DNA of 64,000 bases. Source: Anolis carolinensis (lineage: Eukaryota). A program made the position numbers and the translations under genes. Location of the stretch: positions 94,030,782 to 94,094,781 of the forward strand of contig NC_085842.1 in NCBI RefSeq assembly GCF_035594765.1, in the 5' to 3' direction. The notes below the pieces were generated by a model. The model ran no database searches. It had not been told where the DNA came from and was given only the letters and a program-made list of their open reading frames with translations. Positions 62,266-64,000 of this stretch are shown here, piece after piece. Position 1 is the first letter of the stretch. Each line of letters starts with the position of its first letter.

Positions 62266-62620
62266 TTCTTCGCAGTCCCAGTGAAATGCACACATATGGG
62301 TTTTCCTGCACCTGTGCAGACCTTCCGGAATTCTCTAGAAGCTCTCAAGTATACATTTTTGGCACCCACTCTCCCCTTGTAGTATATATAGACAGTGGGA
62401 AGAGCCTTTTTTCTGCCACGTTAGACAGTTGGTTCTCTCAGCTCTCTAGCTTTTGCACTCTTTTCTATATATATATATATTACGAATAAAGACTCGGATT
62501 CGTTGCTCCTGGGCTAGGGGGTCCATCTGAATAATCTCACCGTTTGAGGCACGTGGTCCCCATTGGAACAAGCTCACCACATCAACTACCTAGAAATGCT
62601 TGCAGTTCAGAAGGCGCTCC
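62266..62620 (+). mobile_element. DIRS remnant: 5' ITR fused to an RNase H fragment
   Basis: ITR-like start, then DSLLLG*GVHL..WSPLEQAHHINYLEMLAVQKAL, matching the DIRS RNase H pattern DASxxGWG..HINxLE. Confidence 0.72.
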
Positions 62621-63067
62621 CTCTTCTTTTTGTATTTTTAATTCTTTTGCATCTGACAACCAGAGAGCCTTTGGGGATGTTTCTTGTCCCTTACCTCTCG
62701 GAACCAGTCTGCTCCTCTTCGCATACCACTACTGGGCGTCCTGGAAGTGTCTCCTTGAGGGACACACTCCTCTAGATGCCTTCGGCTGGTCTCACAGCGA
62801 GTTTGGCACTCCCTCAGCCTGAATCCACCCGGGGAGGGGGGGGGCTGAAAAGCCCCTTTGACTTGGATCCTCGGGTTGCAGCCTTGGAGCCCTAAGGATG
62901 CATGCTGCTCTCCATGCGGACATCAGACCAAAAGTCCTGCATCTGCTTTTAAGTACAAATTTGGTTCTTGTTTAATTCAGGATTATGTTGACAGTGTTGG
63001 GCCACCTAGTTATTAGTTGCTGCAGTTTTCTTTTACTCTTTCGATTATTTTAATTGCATTAAAATTA

Positions 63068-63380
63068 CAGACAGTCTCTGAGTTACAAACATTTGACTTA
63101 CAAACTACTCATAATTAAGAACAGAGATGAGACAACAGGAAGTGAGGAAAATCTACTCATAGGAAGGGAAATTCAGTCTTGAAAGTGTTACCATGAGGAA
63201 AGGGTGTCTACACTGAAGCTATATCACCAATCCTTGTTTCCACAACAAGCCAATTTTTTCAAAATCCAATTATCGCAGGGACAGAAGGAGGGGTGAAATC
63301 TTCTGAACAGGGGCACAGGCAGCAAAACAAACACCACAGGGGTGTTAACCTTTTCCTGTGATATCCAAAGCTGCTATAAA

Positions 63381-63435
<55 letters not shown>

Positions 63436-63538
63436 AGTGAGTTACACTTACAAAATGTACTTATTCAGACTTACATGCAAATTCAACTTAAGAACAAGCC
63501 AACACAATTTATCTTGTTCACAACCTGGGGACTGCATG
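63068..63538. mobile_element. Tigger-like MITE containing (GT)n at 63383-63431
   Basis: ta|CAGACAGTCTCTGAGTTAC ... AACCTGGGGACTGCATG|ta. Confidence 0.75.
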
Positions 63539-64000
63539 TATGTTGTAAATCCAGGTGGAACGGTTGAAAGAAATCTGCCAAATTGCCTTTGACACGAATA
63601 ATCCCCAAAGAATGAACTCATCCTTTGAGAGATTAATGAGAGGACAAAGTGAAACTGCTAAACAAGAGGCTTAACTTTCATGTTATTTGCTAAATAAATA
63701 TATTGCTTTGCTTAAAGCAAGCTGTGTGGCTAATATCTAAGAGAGAACACAAATATAAATATGGGACATAAAAGTGCAGTATAAGTATAGCATGGAAAAA
63801 GACCTGGAAAAATGAGATAAAGATCATTTTATCAGAAAAAAACACAGTTATAGGATCATGTTCTTATCAGTGTTTAAAAAAAATATAAATTGATAGGGCA
63901 CAGGGCAGAGTTCAGAAGTGAAAAACAACACTGTCACTTTGCTCAGTGCCTTTTCAGTACCTTTCCCCTGGAGAAAGTGAATAGCAGGTTGCAGATTCCT

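Overview
Vertebrate genomic DNA, most likely from an Anolis lizard. The evidence is a tRNA-headed SINE with an L2 tail (Anolis SINE2-like), 5S-derived SINEs, RTE-BovB, Penelope, CR1, L2, L1-clade, DIRS, Helitron and hAT/Tc1 MITEs. Two host genes converge. The last 10 coding exons of GEMIN5 lie on + (753-17569). The complete 292-aa CNOT8 (CAF1b/POP2 deadenylase) CDS lies on - in 6 exons (33386-26919), with its CpG-island promoter at about 40600-41550. The rest is intron or intergenic DNA dense with nested transposons. The most unusual sequence-level observations are: (1) an 8-copy 45-bp minisatellite in the CNOT8 promoter whose units carry NRF1-type TGCGCATGCG motifs; (2) an internally deleted DIRS retrotransposon with both inverted termini and the internal complementary region intact but no RNase H or recombinase; (3) an OC1-like hAT MITE carrying tandem CR1 3' tails; (4) five decayed minimal hammerhead-ribozyme motifs in Penelope pseudo-LTRs; (5) nested Helitrons built from captured, amplified pieces of other TEs. 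I see no convincing novel protein-coding system. All family names come from recognised motifs, not database searches.
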